From: an uncultured Poribacteria bacterium
GTDB taxonomy: Bacteria > Poribacteria > WGA-4E > WGA-3G
Direction of reading: 5' to 3'
Length of the DNA stretch: 64,000 bases
NCBI GenBank assembly: GCA_958296135.2
Contig: CATQHZ020000001.1
Location: 4,768,001-4,832,000 of the forward strand
Shown: piece after piece, positions 30,052 through 38,880 of the stretch
Numbering within the stretch: the stretch's first letter is position 1
Layout: each line of letters starts with the position of its first letter
The notes under the pieces: model-generated
What the model saw: only the letters and a program-made list of their open reading frames with translations
Databases searched by the model: none
Told to the model about the DNA's origin: nothing
Program-made: the position numbers and the translations under genes

Positions 30052-30668
30052 CCCGTAGCGCGAGGGCCTGTCCCTCGCGATCGTTCATCGAAACGAAAAC
30101 GGCCCCCTTCCACCATCGCGCGAGGGCCGTTACGGTCACGTCTACAGTTGTCCCTCGCGAGCGTTCATCGAAACGAAAACGGCCCCCTTCCACCGTCGCG
30201 CAAGAGCCTCTCCCGCGCCGCCCATCGATAGACCTAGCATGGCGGAGGACAGGCCCCCGCCCTACGGACTTAGGGGGCCCCTTGAACCGTAGCGCGAGGG
30301 CCTGTCCCTCGCGATCGCTAGACCGAAACAAAAACGCACCGCCTACCGGCGCGCAAGAGCCTGTCCCGCGCGAGCCCCTTGATAGACCTAGCACGGCGGG
30401 GGACAGGCCCCCGCCCTACGGACTTAGGGGTCCCTTCGCACCGTAGCGCGAGGGCCCGGCGAGCGCGAATCGCCGAGGGGAACCCTCGCGAGCGTTCATC
30501 GAAACGAAAACGGCCCCCTTCCACCGTCGCGCAAGAGCCTCTCCCGCGCCGCCCATCGATAGACCTAGCATGGCGGAGGACAGGCCCCCGCCCTACGGAC
30601 TAAGGGGCCCTTAAACCGTAGCGCGAGGGCCCGGCGAGCGCGAATCGCCGAGGGGAACCCTCGCGAGC
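30052..30668. repeat. REP/REPIN array
   Basis: Multiple REP1 and REP2 units; 20-bp loop cassette at 30129-30148. Confidence 0.9.
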
Positions 30669-30694
30669 ACTCGATCCAAACAAATTTGTGTTAC

Positions 30695-30723
30695 AGTTTA
30701 CGTTATTTGCGGCGAAAAATCAA
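30695..30723 (-). promoter_or_regulatory. Sigma-70 promoter reading into the REP array
   Basis: TTGATT-17-TAAACT; near-identical copy at 33686-33714. Confidence 0.6.
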
Positions 30724-30768
30724 GGGACATTCGCACCGGCACGGAACAAAACGGGCCTGCTAGCGCGC

Positions 30769-31233
30769 CTATCCCCCAACTTCCTGTAGCCATGTGTATG
30801 GATTTTCGACGCGCACGCGAAGATGCTCGTGGGACCGTTTCGCCCTCTTAAGCAATCCATCGTCCGTTGTGAGCAAGACATCCGCGCCGCCGCTCTCTGC
30901 ACACGCAATATGCAAGGCATCAAACCACGGGAATCCTAGCCATTCCAGTTGGACGGCCCGGGCGGTTTCCATCTCACCAACGCGAACCGTTTGATGCGCC
31001 GTATTCAGTTTGGTATTGATGGTATTACGCTGTGTCACATTAGGATTCTGGGCAACTTCATTTGCCAAAGCATCACTCACAATCCAATGTAAGTGCCCCG
31101 TGGAGAAATAAGCATTGAGTCGCTGAAATGCCTCGGTCTCTTGGCGCACCCGATCTTGCGTCTGATCGTCAAAGGGCCGCCCCAAGCAGCACGTATCCAG
31201 ATAGATGTTCTGGTGGTGGAACTGACTTTGCAC
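30769..31233 (-). CDS. PIN-domain (VapC-like) toxin
   Basis: IYLDTCCL.RPFDDQ, DALHIACAE, LLTTDD, VENP. Confidence 0.9.
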   Translation of the reverse strand: MQSQFHHQNIYLDTCCLGRPFDDQTQDRVRQETEAFQRLNAYFSTGHLHWIVSDALANEVAQNPNVTQRNTINTKLNTAHQTVRVGEMETARAVQLEWLGFPWFDALHIACAESGGADVLLTTDDGLLKRAKRSHEHLRVRVENPYTWLQEVGG

Positions 31234-31241
31234 GAGTCTGC

Positions 31242-31826
31242 CTATTCCTTTCCGCTGCGCTGCTTCGCCTTGCGTGCCTCAAAAATTTGCGCGAGGAATT
31301 CTTCCTTACTGATCTGACTCAGCCATTTGCGCCGTTCTAAGGTGTAGTTGCCGGTGCCCGGGGTGCACAGCAGAGACAACCGAAACAGGCCCGGGAGCCC
31401 CAGTTCTTTTGAAACCGCATCAAGCCCGAGTTGATGCACCTCACAATCTGTCAACTGACTAATGTCTTTCGGAGGTTCATTGACAGCGCGGCTTGCATGG
31501 CATTCGCGCAAGGAATCCACTGAATCCCTCTTTTCGTCGCTCGTGCAGGAAGCATGTTCCACGACATCAACCCCCTCTTGCAGGGGGTTTCCGCCTTGCA
31601 CCGTCGGTAACAACTGTTCGCGTTGACAAAGGGAAGCCTGCATCCCACGCATCAGCGTTGCCTTCTCCAACTCATCTACCCATTCACGGCGTTTCGCCGC
31701 CTTGTCGCCCATACCGGCTTTAGCAAACGCCAGAAACCGCTTTAGCCCAAAGGGGCCTAAGGTCTCCAAAAGTGTATCAAGTATCAGTTGATACCACTCC
31801 GGATCTGTCATTTCAAGTCTATTCAT
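31242..31826 (-). CDS. Putative antitoxin with an internally duplicated domain
   Basis: Two copies of (M/L)TD.E..QL.LD....LG..GL.R.......G.G...RR.W; lies directly upstream of the PIN gene; TTGACA-18-TAAAAT at 31878-31849. Confidence 0.75.
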   Translation of the reverse strand: MNRLEMTDPEWYQLILDTLLETLGPFGLKRFLAFAKAGMGDKAAKRREWVDELEKATLMRGMQASLCQREQLLPTVQGGNPLQEGVDVVEHASCTSDEKRDSVDSLRECHASRAVNEPPKDISQLTDCEVHQLGLDAVSKELGLPGLFRLSLLCTPGTGNYTLERRKWLSQISKEEFLAQIFEARKAKQRSGKE

Positions 31827-32008
31827 CCTCAATTACCTCCTATTAATTATTTTACTTTAAGTTGCCACCGAATGTCAAACAGCCGAAAGCGTGGGGCCAC
31901 GGGCAGGGAGAGGCCGGTTTTCTTCACCGTAGGGCGGAGGCCGTTACGCCTTCAGTCTGTCATCTCCGCCGGTTTTCCTGCAGACATGTCCACTGTCCCT
32001 CACGAGCA

Positions 32009-32347
32009 TTACGAACTCTCAACACCGTTCGGCGGCGGCTCATCAAACGGTTCACCCTTCTCAGCCGCAGCGATGCGCCGTTCATACCACGCGTTGGCAG
32101 CCGCTTGTTCTTCCTGCAACTGCTCAAGAACAGGAGAACCCGTCCCATTAGGCATCGGTTCGTCAAACGGCGCGCCATTTTCTTGCGCCCGGAGACGGCG
32201 TTCGTTCCAAGCCTGCTGAGCACCGCGTTCTTCCTGTAACTGTGCGACAGCCGCGCGCGCCGTTTCCTCCGCAGCGTGGAGCCGCGCTTCCAGCTCGCGC
32301 CGACGTGCCGCCAATTTTTCGCGATACCACTCATGTAACATCATCAT
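32009..32347 (-). CDS. Small soluble AW..RR..EP.P-module protein (copy 2)
   Basis: SD AGGAG; near-identical to 32874-33212. Confidence 0.8.
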   Translation of the reverse strand: MMMLHEWYREKLAARRRELEARLHAAEETARAAVAQLQEERGAQQAWNERRLRAQENGAPFDEPMPNGTGSPVLEQLQEEQAAANAWYERRIAAAEKGEPFDEPPPNGVESS

Positions 32348-32379
32348 TAAAACTCCTGTGGAGAAGGAGCCGTTTTTTC

Positions 32380-32866
32380 CACCGTAGCGCGAGGGCCTGT
32401 CCCTCGCGATCGTCGATCAAGCCGAAAACCTCCCCTTCCACCGTCGCGCGAGGGCCGTTACGGTCACGTCTACAGTTGTCCCTCGCGAGCGTTCATCGAA
32501 ACGAAAACGGCCCCCTTCCACCGTCGCGCAAGAGCCTCTCCCGCGCCGCCCTTCGATAGACCTAGCATGGCGGAGGACAGGCCCCCGCCCTACGGACTAA
32601 GGGGCCCTTCCACCATCGCGCAAGAGCCTGTCCCGCGTGATCGTTCATCCAAACAAAAACGGCCACTTCCACCAACGAAAAACGCCACTTTCACCGTAGC
32701 GCGAGGGCCCGGCGATCACTAATCGCCGAGGGTTCCCCTCGCGATCCCCCGACCGTCTCAAAAACGTCAATTAAACCGTAGCGCGAGGGCTTGTCCCTCG
32801 CGAGCCCCTTGATAGACCTAGCATGGCGGAGGACAGGCCCCCGCCCTACGGACTTAGGGGCCCTTT
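32380..32866. repeat. REP/REPIN array
   Basis: REP units; part of an 865-bp tandem duplication. Confidence 0.9.
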
Positions 32867-32873
32867 GCGCTCA

Positions 32874-33212
32874 TTACGAACTCTCAACACCGCTCGGCGG
32901 TGGCTCGTCAAACGGTTCACCCTGCTCAGCCGCAGCGATGCGCCGTTCATACCACGCGTTGGCAGCCGCCTGTTCCTCCTGCAACTGCGCGACAACACCG
33001 GGGTCTGTCCCATTAGGCATCGGTTCGTCAAACGGCGCGCCGTTTTCTTGCGCCCGGAGACGGCGTTCGTTCCAAGCCTGCTGAGCACCGCGTTCTTCCT
33101 GTAACTGTGCGACAGCCGCGCGCGCCGTTTCCTCCGCGGCGTGGAGCCGCGCTTCCAGCTCGCGCCGACGTGCCGCCAATTTTTCGCGATACCACTCATG
33201 TAACATCATCAT
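32874..33212 (-). CDS. Small soluble AW..RR..EP.P-module protein (copy 3)
   Basis: Offset 865 bp from copy 2; a mosaic of copies 1 and 2. Confidence 0.8.
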   Translation of the reverse strand: MMMLHEWYREKLAARRRELEARLHAAEETARAAVAQLQEERGAQQAWNERRLRAQENGAPFDEPMPNGTDPGVVAQLQEEQAAANAWYERRIAAAEQGEPFDEPPPSGVESS

Positions 33213-33244
33213 TAAAACTCCTGTGGAGAAGGAGCCGTTTTTTC

Positions 33245-33648
33245 CACCGTAGCGCGAGGGCCTGTCCCTCGCGATCGTCGATCAAGCCGAAAACCTCCCC
33301 TTCCACCGTCGCGCGAGGGCCGTTACGGTCACGTCTACAGTTGTCCCTCGCGAGCGTTCATCGAAACGAAAACGGCCCCCTTCCACCGTCGCGCAAGAGC
33401 CTCTCCCGCGCCGCCCATCGATAGACCTAGCATGGCGGAGGACAGGCCCCCGCCCTACGGACTTAGGGGGCCCCTTGAACCGTAGCGCGAGGGCCGTTAC
33501 GCCGAAACTTTGTCATCTCTGCAGCCTCGCTGCAGAGATGTCCACTGTCCCTCGCGATCGTCGATCGAGATATAGACCCAGCATGGCGGAGGAAACCCTC
33601 GGCGATTCGCTATCGCCGGGCCCCCGCCCTACGGACTAAGGGGCCCTT
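33245..33648. repeat. REP/REPIN array
   Basis: REP units carrying the 20-bp, 50-bp and palindromic cassettes. Confidence 0.9.
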
Positions 33649-33685
33649 CACGCTTCTTCAAAGCAGCTCCTTCTATTTCTGTTAC

Positions 33686-33714
33686 AGTTTACGCTATTTG
33701 CGGCGAAAAGTCAA
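33686..33714 (-). promoter_or_regulatory. Sigma-70 promoter reading into the REP array
   Basis: TTGACT-17-TAAACT. Confidence 0.65.
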
Positions 33715-33738
33715 GGGACATTTGCACACCAGCGGCAC

Positions 33739-35481
33739 TTAGGCATCACATGCCCCACATTTCCTGCAAACCGCCGTATCGCACTCACTCGTCATGAAGC
33801 CTTTTTCATGCTTGTGGAACTCTAACCGCAGGAATTGCGGTTTCACGTTCAGATCGAGGTGGGCCCAAGGGGATATTTCATGGAGGGGACGTTGACGGAG
33901 GGCATAAAAATCGGGGGCTAACCCGTGTTGACGGAACGCTTGATTCCACGCTGCGCCGCGCGCGAGGGCTAAAATCACCTTGCCGAGCCGCCGGTCGCCG
34001 CGCGCGAAGACTGCTTCCTGATGCGCCAGCCGCGCACTTGCAGAACCAACCTTGATGCTACCGAGCCGGTTAATCTCGCGCTTGAGAAAATCAAGTTTCC
34101 GAGCGATAGTCTTCGGCGGTTCCATCGCTACCCACTGGAACGGCGTGTGCGGCTTCGGCACCATCGGCGAGATAGTGAAACTGATGCGGCCCATTCTCCC
34201 AGTCCGCTTCGCATGCGGGAGAAGAATGCTGCGCATCTCTCTCGCCATATCGGCGATAGCCTGCACATCTGCCGGTGTCTCGTCCGGCACACCGATGAGG
34301 AAATAGAGACGCAAATTGAGGATGTCGCGCTTCAACGCCTCTTCAAAGATATAATAGAGACGTTCACGCGGGATGGCCTTGTTGACGACTTTCTGCAGAT
34401 GCTCGGTGGCAACCTCGGGGGCAATGGTAATGGTGCCTTGTTCGCTGTCGGCGAGGGCATCAAGGAGCGGCGCGCGCACCGTCTCCGCACGGAGCGAAGC
34501 ACAGGAGATGCGGAAGCCACGCGCCACTAAGCCGGCAGCAATCTCGTCGATTTGCGGATGGTCAGAAATCGAAGCACCGACTAAGCCAATTCTGTCCGTG
34601 ATGCCGCGGGCGCGCTCAGCAAGAGCAAGCGTGTTTTCAACAGAGCGATGCCTCGGCCAGCGGCGCGCGTAATCCGCAACGCAGAACCGACACTGCCGGC
34701 CACAACCCCGCACAATTTCAATCAGGTGCGCATTGGAAAATTCGGTATGCGGCGTATGAAGCTGCGTGCAGGTCTGGACATCATCAAGCTTCGGCACAGC
34801 AGCGGCGTGAATCGGAAGAGACGCGCCGGAACCGCACCGCGGCTGCACATGCTGGACAGTGCCATCATCGTGATAGGTAACGTCATAGAAACATGGCACA
34901 TAGAGCCCAGGAACCATCGCGAGCGTTTCAAGCAACTCGGTCTTCGGCGCGCCGCTCTGTTTCCACGCATCAAAGCGCGCCATCAATTCGTGGATAACCA
35001 ACTCCGCCTCTCCGACAACGAAAACGTCAACGAAATCCGCGATAGGTTCCGGATTATAGGAGATGTTAATGCCACCGGCGATGACGAGCGGATCCCAGTC
35101 AGAACGTTCTTCAGCGAGGGGCGGGATATTGGCGAACTCCAGCACGCGCGGGATGTTCACGTAATCGGACTCAAAGGAGACAGAGAACCCAATGATGTCG
35201 AATTGGTTAAGCGGCGTTTGCGTCTCAAATGAGAAGAGCGGTGTTTTCTGAGCGATGAGCTGCCGCAGATAACTGGCTTCGGGCACGAAGGCACGCTCGC
35301 AAGAGGTATCCGCACGCGCGTTAAGCGTGGCATAGATAACCTGAACGCCGAGACTGGACATGCCGAGCTCATAAGTGCTCGGATAGACAAGAGCAAATCG
35401 GTTACGTTTTCGGAACTGCGAGAACTGCTGGTTTTCGTGCTCTTGCTCGAGTAAGTGTTGGTAGTGTTTTCGTAGATTCAA
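33739..35481 (-). CDS. Radical SAM protein (TIGR03960-like, B12-binding-like N-terminus)
   Basis: YPSTYELGMSSLG, NPEP, EIVRGCGRQCRFC (CxxxCxxC), PKPHTPFQW. Confidence 0.9.
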   Translation of the reverse strand: MNLRKHYQHLLEQEHENQQFSQFRKRNRFALVYPSTYELGMSSLGVQVIYATLNARADTSCERAFVPEASYLRQLIAQKTPLFSFETQTPLNQFDIIGFSVSFESDYVNIPRVLEFANIPPLAEERSDWDPLVIAGGINISYNPEPIADFVDVFVVGEAELVIHELMARFDAWKQSGAPKTELLETLAMVPGLYVPCFYDVTYHDDGTVQHVQPRCGSGASLPIHAAAVPKLDDVQTCTQLHTPHTEFSNAHLIEIVRGCGRQCRFCVADYARRWPRHRSVENTLALAERARGITDRIGLVGASISDHPQIDEIAAGLVARGFRISCASLRAETVRAPLLDALADSEQGTITIAPEVATEHLQKVVNKAIPRERLYYIFEEALKRDILNLRLYFLIGVPDETPADVQAIADMAREMRSILLPHAKRTGRMGRISFTISPMVPKPHTPFQWVAMEPPKTIARKLDFLKREINRLGSIKVGSASARLAHQEAVFARGDRRLGKVILALARGAAWNQAFRQHGLAPDFYALRQRPLHEISPWAHLDLNVKPQFLRLEFHKHEKGFMTSECDTAVCRKCGACDA

Positions 35482-35498
35482 TATGCTGCTCCAGTGGC

Positions 35499-35912
35499 TC
35501 AGAGTTGGTATTCCGTGCGTTCGCCGCCATGTGCCGGATTATGGATAAGCCCCTCTCTCACATTCACATCCAGATCTAACAGTTCCATCACCATATGCCC
35601 AACAAGCGCAGGAACGTTGTCCGGCAAACTGCTTACCTCTATGATGCCTTTCCGCGATAGCACGGTAAACTGGACAGGCGAATAAAGCGTCCGAGTCACA
35701 ATGCCGTTTGTCGTGTGGACCAGGGTGGTATCGGTAGGTGTCAAACCGAGACTGTCAATTATCGATTGCGGCAAAGAGAGCCGCGTCGCACCGGTATCAA
35801 CAATCGCGCCTTTGATAGTCACCTGCCGAACCTCTTCAGAACCAATAATGCCAACTTCAGCCAAAACCAGATCTTTCTGATTTGCGACGTGGATGGTGGT
35901 CCTGTGTTGCAT
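35499..35912 (-). CDS. Clan AA aspartyl protease (tandem copy 2)
   Basis: IVDTGATRLSLP, ALVGH; SD GGAGGAG. Confidence 0.88.
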   Translation of the reverse strand: MQHRTTIHVANQKDLVLAEVGIIGSEEVRQVTIKGAIVDTGATRLSLPQSIIDSLGLTPTDTTLVHTTNGIVTRTLYSPVQFTVLSRKGIIEVSSLPDNVPALVGHMVMELLDLDVNVREGLIHNPAHGGERTEYQL

Positions 35913-35937
35913 CGTTTTATCTCCTCCAAAGATGTCA

Positions 35938-36354
35938 TCAGAGTTGGTATTCCGTGCGTTCGCCGCCATGCGCGGGATTATGGATAAGCCCCTCTCTCAC
36001 ATTCACATCCAGATCTAACAGTTCCATCACCATGTGTCCCACAAGCGCAGGAACGTTGTCCGGCAAACTGCTTACCTCTATGATGCCTTTCCGCGATAGC
36101 ACGGTAAACTGGACAGGCGAATAAAGCGTCCGAGTCACAATGCCGTTTGTCGTGTGGACCAGGGTGGTATCAGTAGGTGTCAAACCGAGACTGTCAATTA
36201 TCGATTGCGGCAAAGAGAGCCGCGTCGCACCGGTATCGACAATCGCGCCTTTGATAGTCACCTGCCGAACCTCTTCAGAGCCAATAATGCCGAGTTCTAC
36301 CGCAACCAGATCTTTCTGATTTGCGACGTGGATGGTGGTTCTATGTTGCATCAT
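35938..36354 (-). CDS. Clan AA aspartyl protease (tandem copy 1)
   Basis: Near-identical to 35499-35912, 439-bp offset. Confidence 0.88.
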   Translation of the reverse strand: MMQHRTTIHVANQKDLVAVELGIIGSEEVRQVTIKGAIVDTGATRLSLPQSIIDSLGLTPTDTTLVHTTNGIVTRTLYSPVQFTVLSRKGIIEVSSLPDNVPALVGHMVMELLDLDVNVREGLIHNPAHGGERTEYQL

Positions 36355-36557
36355 TTTATCTCCTTTCAAACGGATAAGAGTCCGGCGCGCTGCCATCACC
36401 GTCCCGGACTCACGTAGTAACGAGGAGCTGTCCCTCGCAATGCCGAGGTAGAGCCCGTCAGAATGTTCATCTGAGCCCTACCTCGCCTCGTTTGAACGCA
36501 ACCGAACGGAAACGACAGCGCGAGAAACAAAACGGTTCCGCCGGGCAGACTGCGCGC

Positions 36558-37907
36558 CTATTTCCCAGACTTCCCGCCTCGCTTCTGCACGCGCAGGAAG
36601 GCCGGAATATCCCAGTCCGTCTCGCCACGTCCGCTGCTAGTCCCGGTGGCGGCAGGTTGCTGCGCGGGTGCCGGTCTCCGTGCCTGTCTCGCAGGTGGTT
36701 TTTCCGCCGGTGGCTGCTGCGCCGGCGCGGCAGGCGCGCCGGCGGCAGGGAACCCAGCTGCAGAACGGCCCGGGCGCGTTCGGCCCTGGGGTGCCGCGCT
36801 CGTACGGGAACCACCCAGATGCTGCCCAGGCAGCGGTGCCCGGCGTTCCGGGTAAGCCTCCTGTTCATTGTACTGCCTCGGTGCCACCCGCGGATCGACC
36901 CCGGATGCGCGCAAATCCTCTGTATCAAACCCTGTCGCAATGACGGTGACAAGCACCTCATCGCCGAGCTCCAAACTGTCTTTGTAGACAAGCCCGAAGA
37001 TAATCTGCGCATCGGTAGCCGCATCTTGGATTACCTGCATCGCCTCATCCAATTCGTGCATCATGAAATCGGGCGGTGAGGTGATGTTGACAATCATGCC
37101 ATAGGCACCGTTGATGTCAGTTTCCTCAAGAAGCGGCGAAGAAATTGCCTGTTGGGCAGCGGCTTGCGCACGGTTATCGCCCGTGGCGCGCCCCATGCCC
37201 ATCAGCGCACTGCCTGCTTCACGCATGATAGACTCCACATCGGCGAAGTCAACGTTAATCTCACCCGCCTCCGTAATAATATCCGAGATACTCTGAACGC
37301 CGTGGAGCAAAATCTCGTCTCCAACGCGGAGCGCCTCCTGAATCGGCAGTTTTCTGTCCATCGCATCCATCAAGCGTTGGTTCGGAACGACGATGACAGA
37401 ATCGGCGGATGCACGAAGCTCCTCAAGACCGGTTTCGGCTGCCTCGGCGCGCCGCATCCCCTCAAAATTGAAAGGACGGGTAACAACACCGATAGTGAGT
37501 GCCCCGCGTTCGCGCGCAAGCGATGCAATGAGCGGCGCTGCCCCGGTGCCAGTACCGCCGCCCATGCCAGCGGTGACGAACACCATGTTCGCATCCTCAA
37601 CAATCTTTTGCAGATGCTCCCGGTCTTCTTCCGCCGCTTTTCGGCCAACTTCGGGATTCGCACCGGCACCAAGGCCGTTAGTGGTGTTAATCCCAATCTG
37701 GAGTTGTGTCGCGCCATGGCACGTTTTCAACGCTTGATGGTCGGTGTTCACCGCGTAGAATTCGATGCCGGCTAATCCTGCTTCAATCATCCGTTTGACA
37801 GCGTTGCCACCAGCACCGCCGACACCGATGACCTTAATTTTCGCCCGCAGATCTCCAAATTCTTCTTGTTCAAATTCAATCATGTCTGGTTTCGGTTGCG
37901 CTTGCAC
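36558..37907 (-). CDS. ftsZ: Cell division protein FtsZ
   Basis: GVGGAGGNAV, GGGTGTG, NVDFAD, C-terminal DIPAFLR. Start uncertain (37946, 37907 or 37883). Confidence 0.97.
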   Translation of the reverse strand: MQAQPKPDMIEFEQEEFGDLRAKIKVIGVGGAGGNAVKRMIEAGLAGIEFYAVNTDHQALKTCHGATQLQIGINTTNGLGAGANPEVGRKAAEEDREHLQKIVEDANMVFVTAGMGGGTGTGAAPLIASLARERGALTIGVVTRPFNFEGMRRAEAAETGLEELRASADSVIVVPNQRLMDAMDRKLPIQEALRVGDEILLHGVQSISDIITEAGEINVDFADVESIMREAGSALMGMGRATGDNRAQAAAQQAISSPLLEETDINGAYGMIVNITSPPDFMMHELDEAMQVIQDAATDAQIIFGLVYKDSLELGDEVLVTVIATGFDTEDLRASGVDPRVAPRQYNEQEAYPERRAPLPGQHLGGSRTSAAPQGRTRPGRSAAGFPAAGAPAAPAQQPPAEKPPARQARRPAPAQQPAATGTSSGRGETDWDIPAFLRVQKRGGKSGK

Positions 37908-38094
37908 TACAACCTCATTCCTCCTATTTTTTCCCGATGATACCAAATCAATTCACGCTAATTCAGGCTCGTCCGAACCCGAAAGGTCAAAATCAGGGAA
38001 TCTGGTTTCCCTACAGAGATGAGACAAATCAACGTTATTTGGTATTATAGACTCGATTTGACTGCACCTATTGGACATCATAACACTGCATTGC

Positions 38095-38385
38095 GATCGA
38101 AACAAAAACGGCCCATTCAACCGTAGCGCGAGGGCCGTCACGGTCACGCCTACAGAAAACGTGCGTGTGTCGCCCCGCGTAAACACGGTCACGTCTACAG
38201 AAAATGTGCGTGTGTCGCCCCGCGTAAACACGCTACCTTACTTACTTTAACTTTGTCCTCTCTGCAGCCTCGCTGCAGAGATGCCCACTGTCCCTCGCGA
38301 ATCGCTAACAAAAACGGCCCATTCAACCGTAGCGCGAGGGCCCGGCGATCGCGAATCGCCGAGGGTTCCCCTCGCGATCGCTCGA
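38095..38385. repeat. REP array with a 152-bp composite loop cassette
   Basis: Insert 38137-38288 contains a 45-bp tandem duplication. Confidence 0.9.
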
Positions 38386-38393
38386 CCGACATC

Positions 38394-38576
38394 TTACAGC
38401 GCGCTGTTACGTTTCTCGGCAGGGTTGGGTTCGGTGAAGTCTTCGCCGGCGGCTTCCGCTGCCTTCCGACGTGCTTCCCACTCAACCCACTCGCGGTTCG
38501 CAAGCTCTCTGCCGAGGGCCTCGCGCATCCGCTGACGCTTCTCAATCCCCTCGCGGACTAAATTATACAAAATCAT
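38394..38576 (-). CDS. Short EW..RR..GEDFTEPNP protein (tandem copy 3)
   Basis: GGAGGTTCCC-ATG at 38576; 60 aa. Confidence 0.7.
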   Translation of the reverse strand: MILYNLVREGIEKRQRMREALGRELANREWVEWEARRKAAEAAGEDFTEPNPAEKRNSAL

Positions 38577-38632
38577 GGGAACCTCCACTACTGCAAAGAA
38601 AAGATAGGGAGCGCGATGCGGTGCCGTGCACC

Positions 38633-38824
38633 TCATGCGTCTTGTGACGTACCATTGCGTTTCTCGGCAGGGTTGGGTTCGGTGAAGTCTTCGCCGGCGG
38701 CTTCCGCTGCCTTCCGACGTGCTTCCCACTCAACCCACTCACGCCGCTCAAGCTCTCTGCCGAGGGCCTCGCGCATCCGCTGACGCTTCTCAATCTGCTC
38801 TTGGACTAAACCATACAAAATCAT
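38633..38824 (-). CDS. Short EW..RR..GEDFTEPNP protein (tandem copy 2)
   Basis: GGAGGTTCCC-ATG at 38824; 63 aa. Confidence 0.7.
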   Translation of the reverse strand: MILYGLVQEQIEKRQRMREALGRELERREWVEWEARRKAAEAAGEDFTEPNPAEKRNGTSQDA

Positions 38825-38880
38825 GGGAACCTCCACTACTGCAAAGAAAAGATAGGGAGCGCGATGCGGTGCCGTGCACC

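Noticed and set aside
19298-33424. Many ORF-track entries over the REP arrays and promoter region (e.g. 19464-19691, 23601-23954, 29205-29900, 30024-30446)
   Set aside because: They are translations of repeat DNA (recurring RSARACPSR and ARGP peptides) with no RBS or domain signal.
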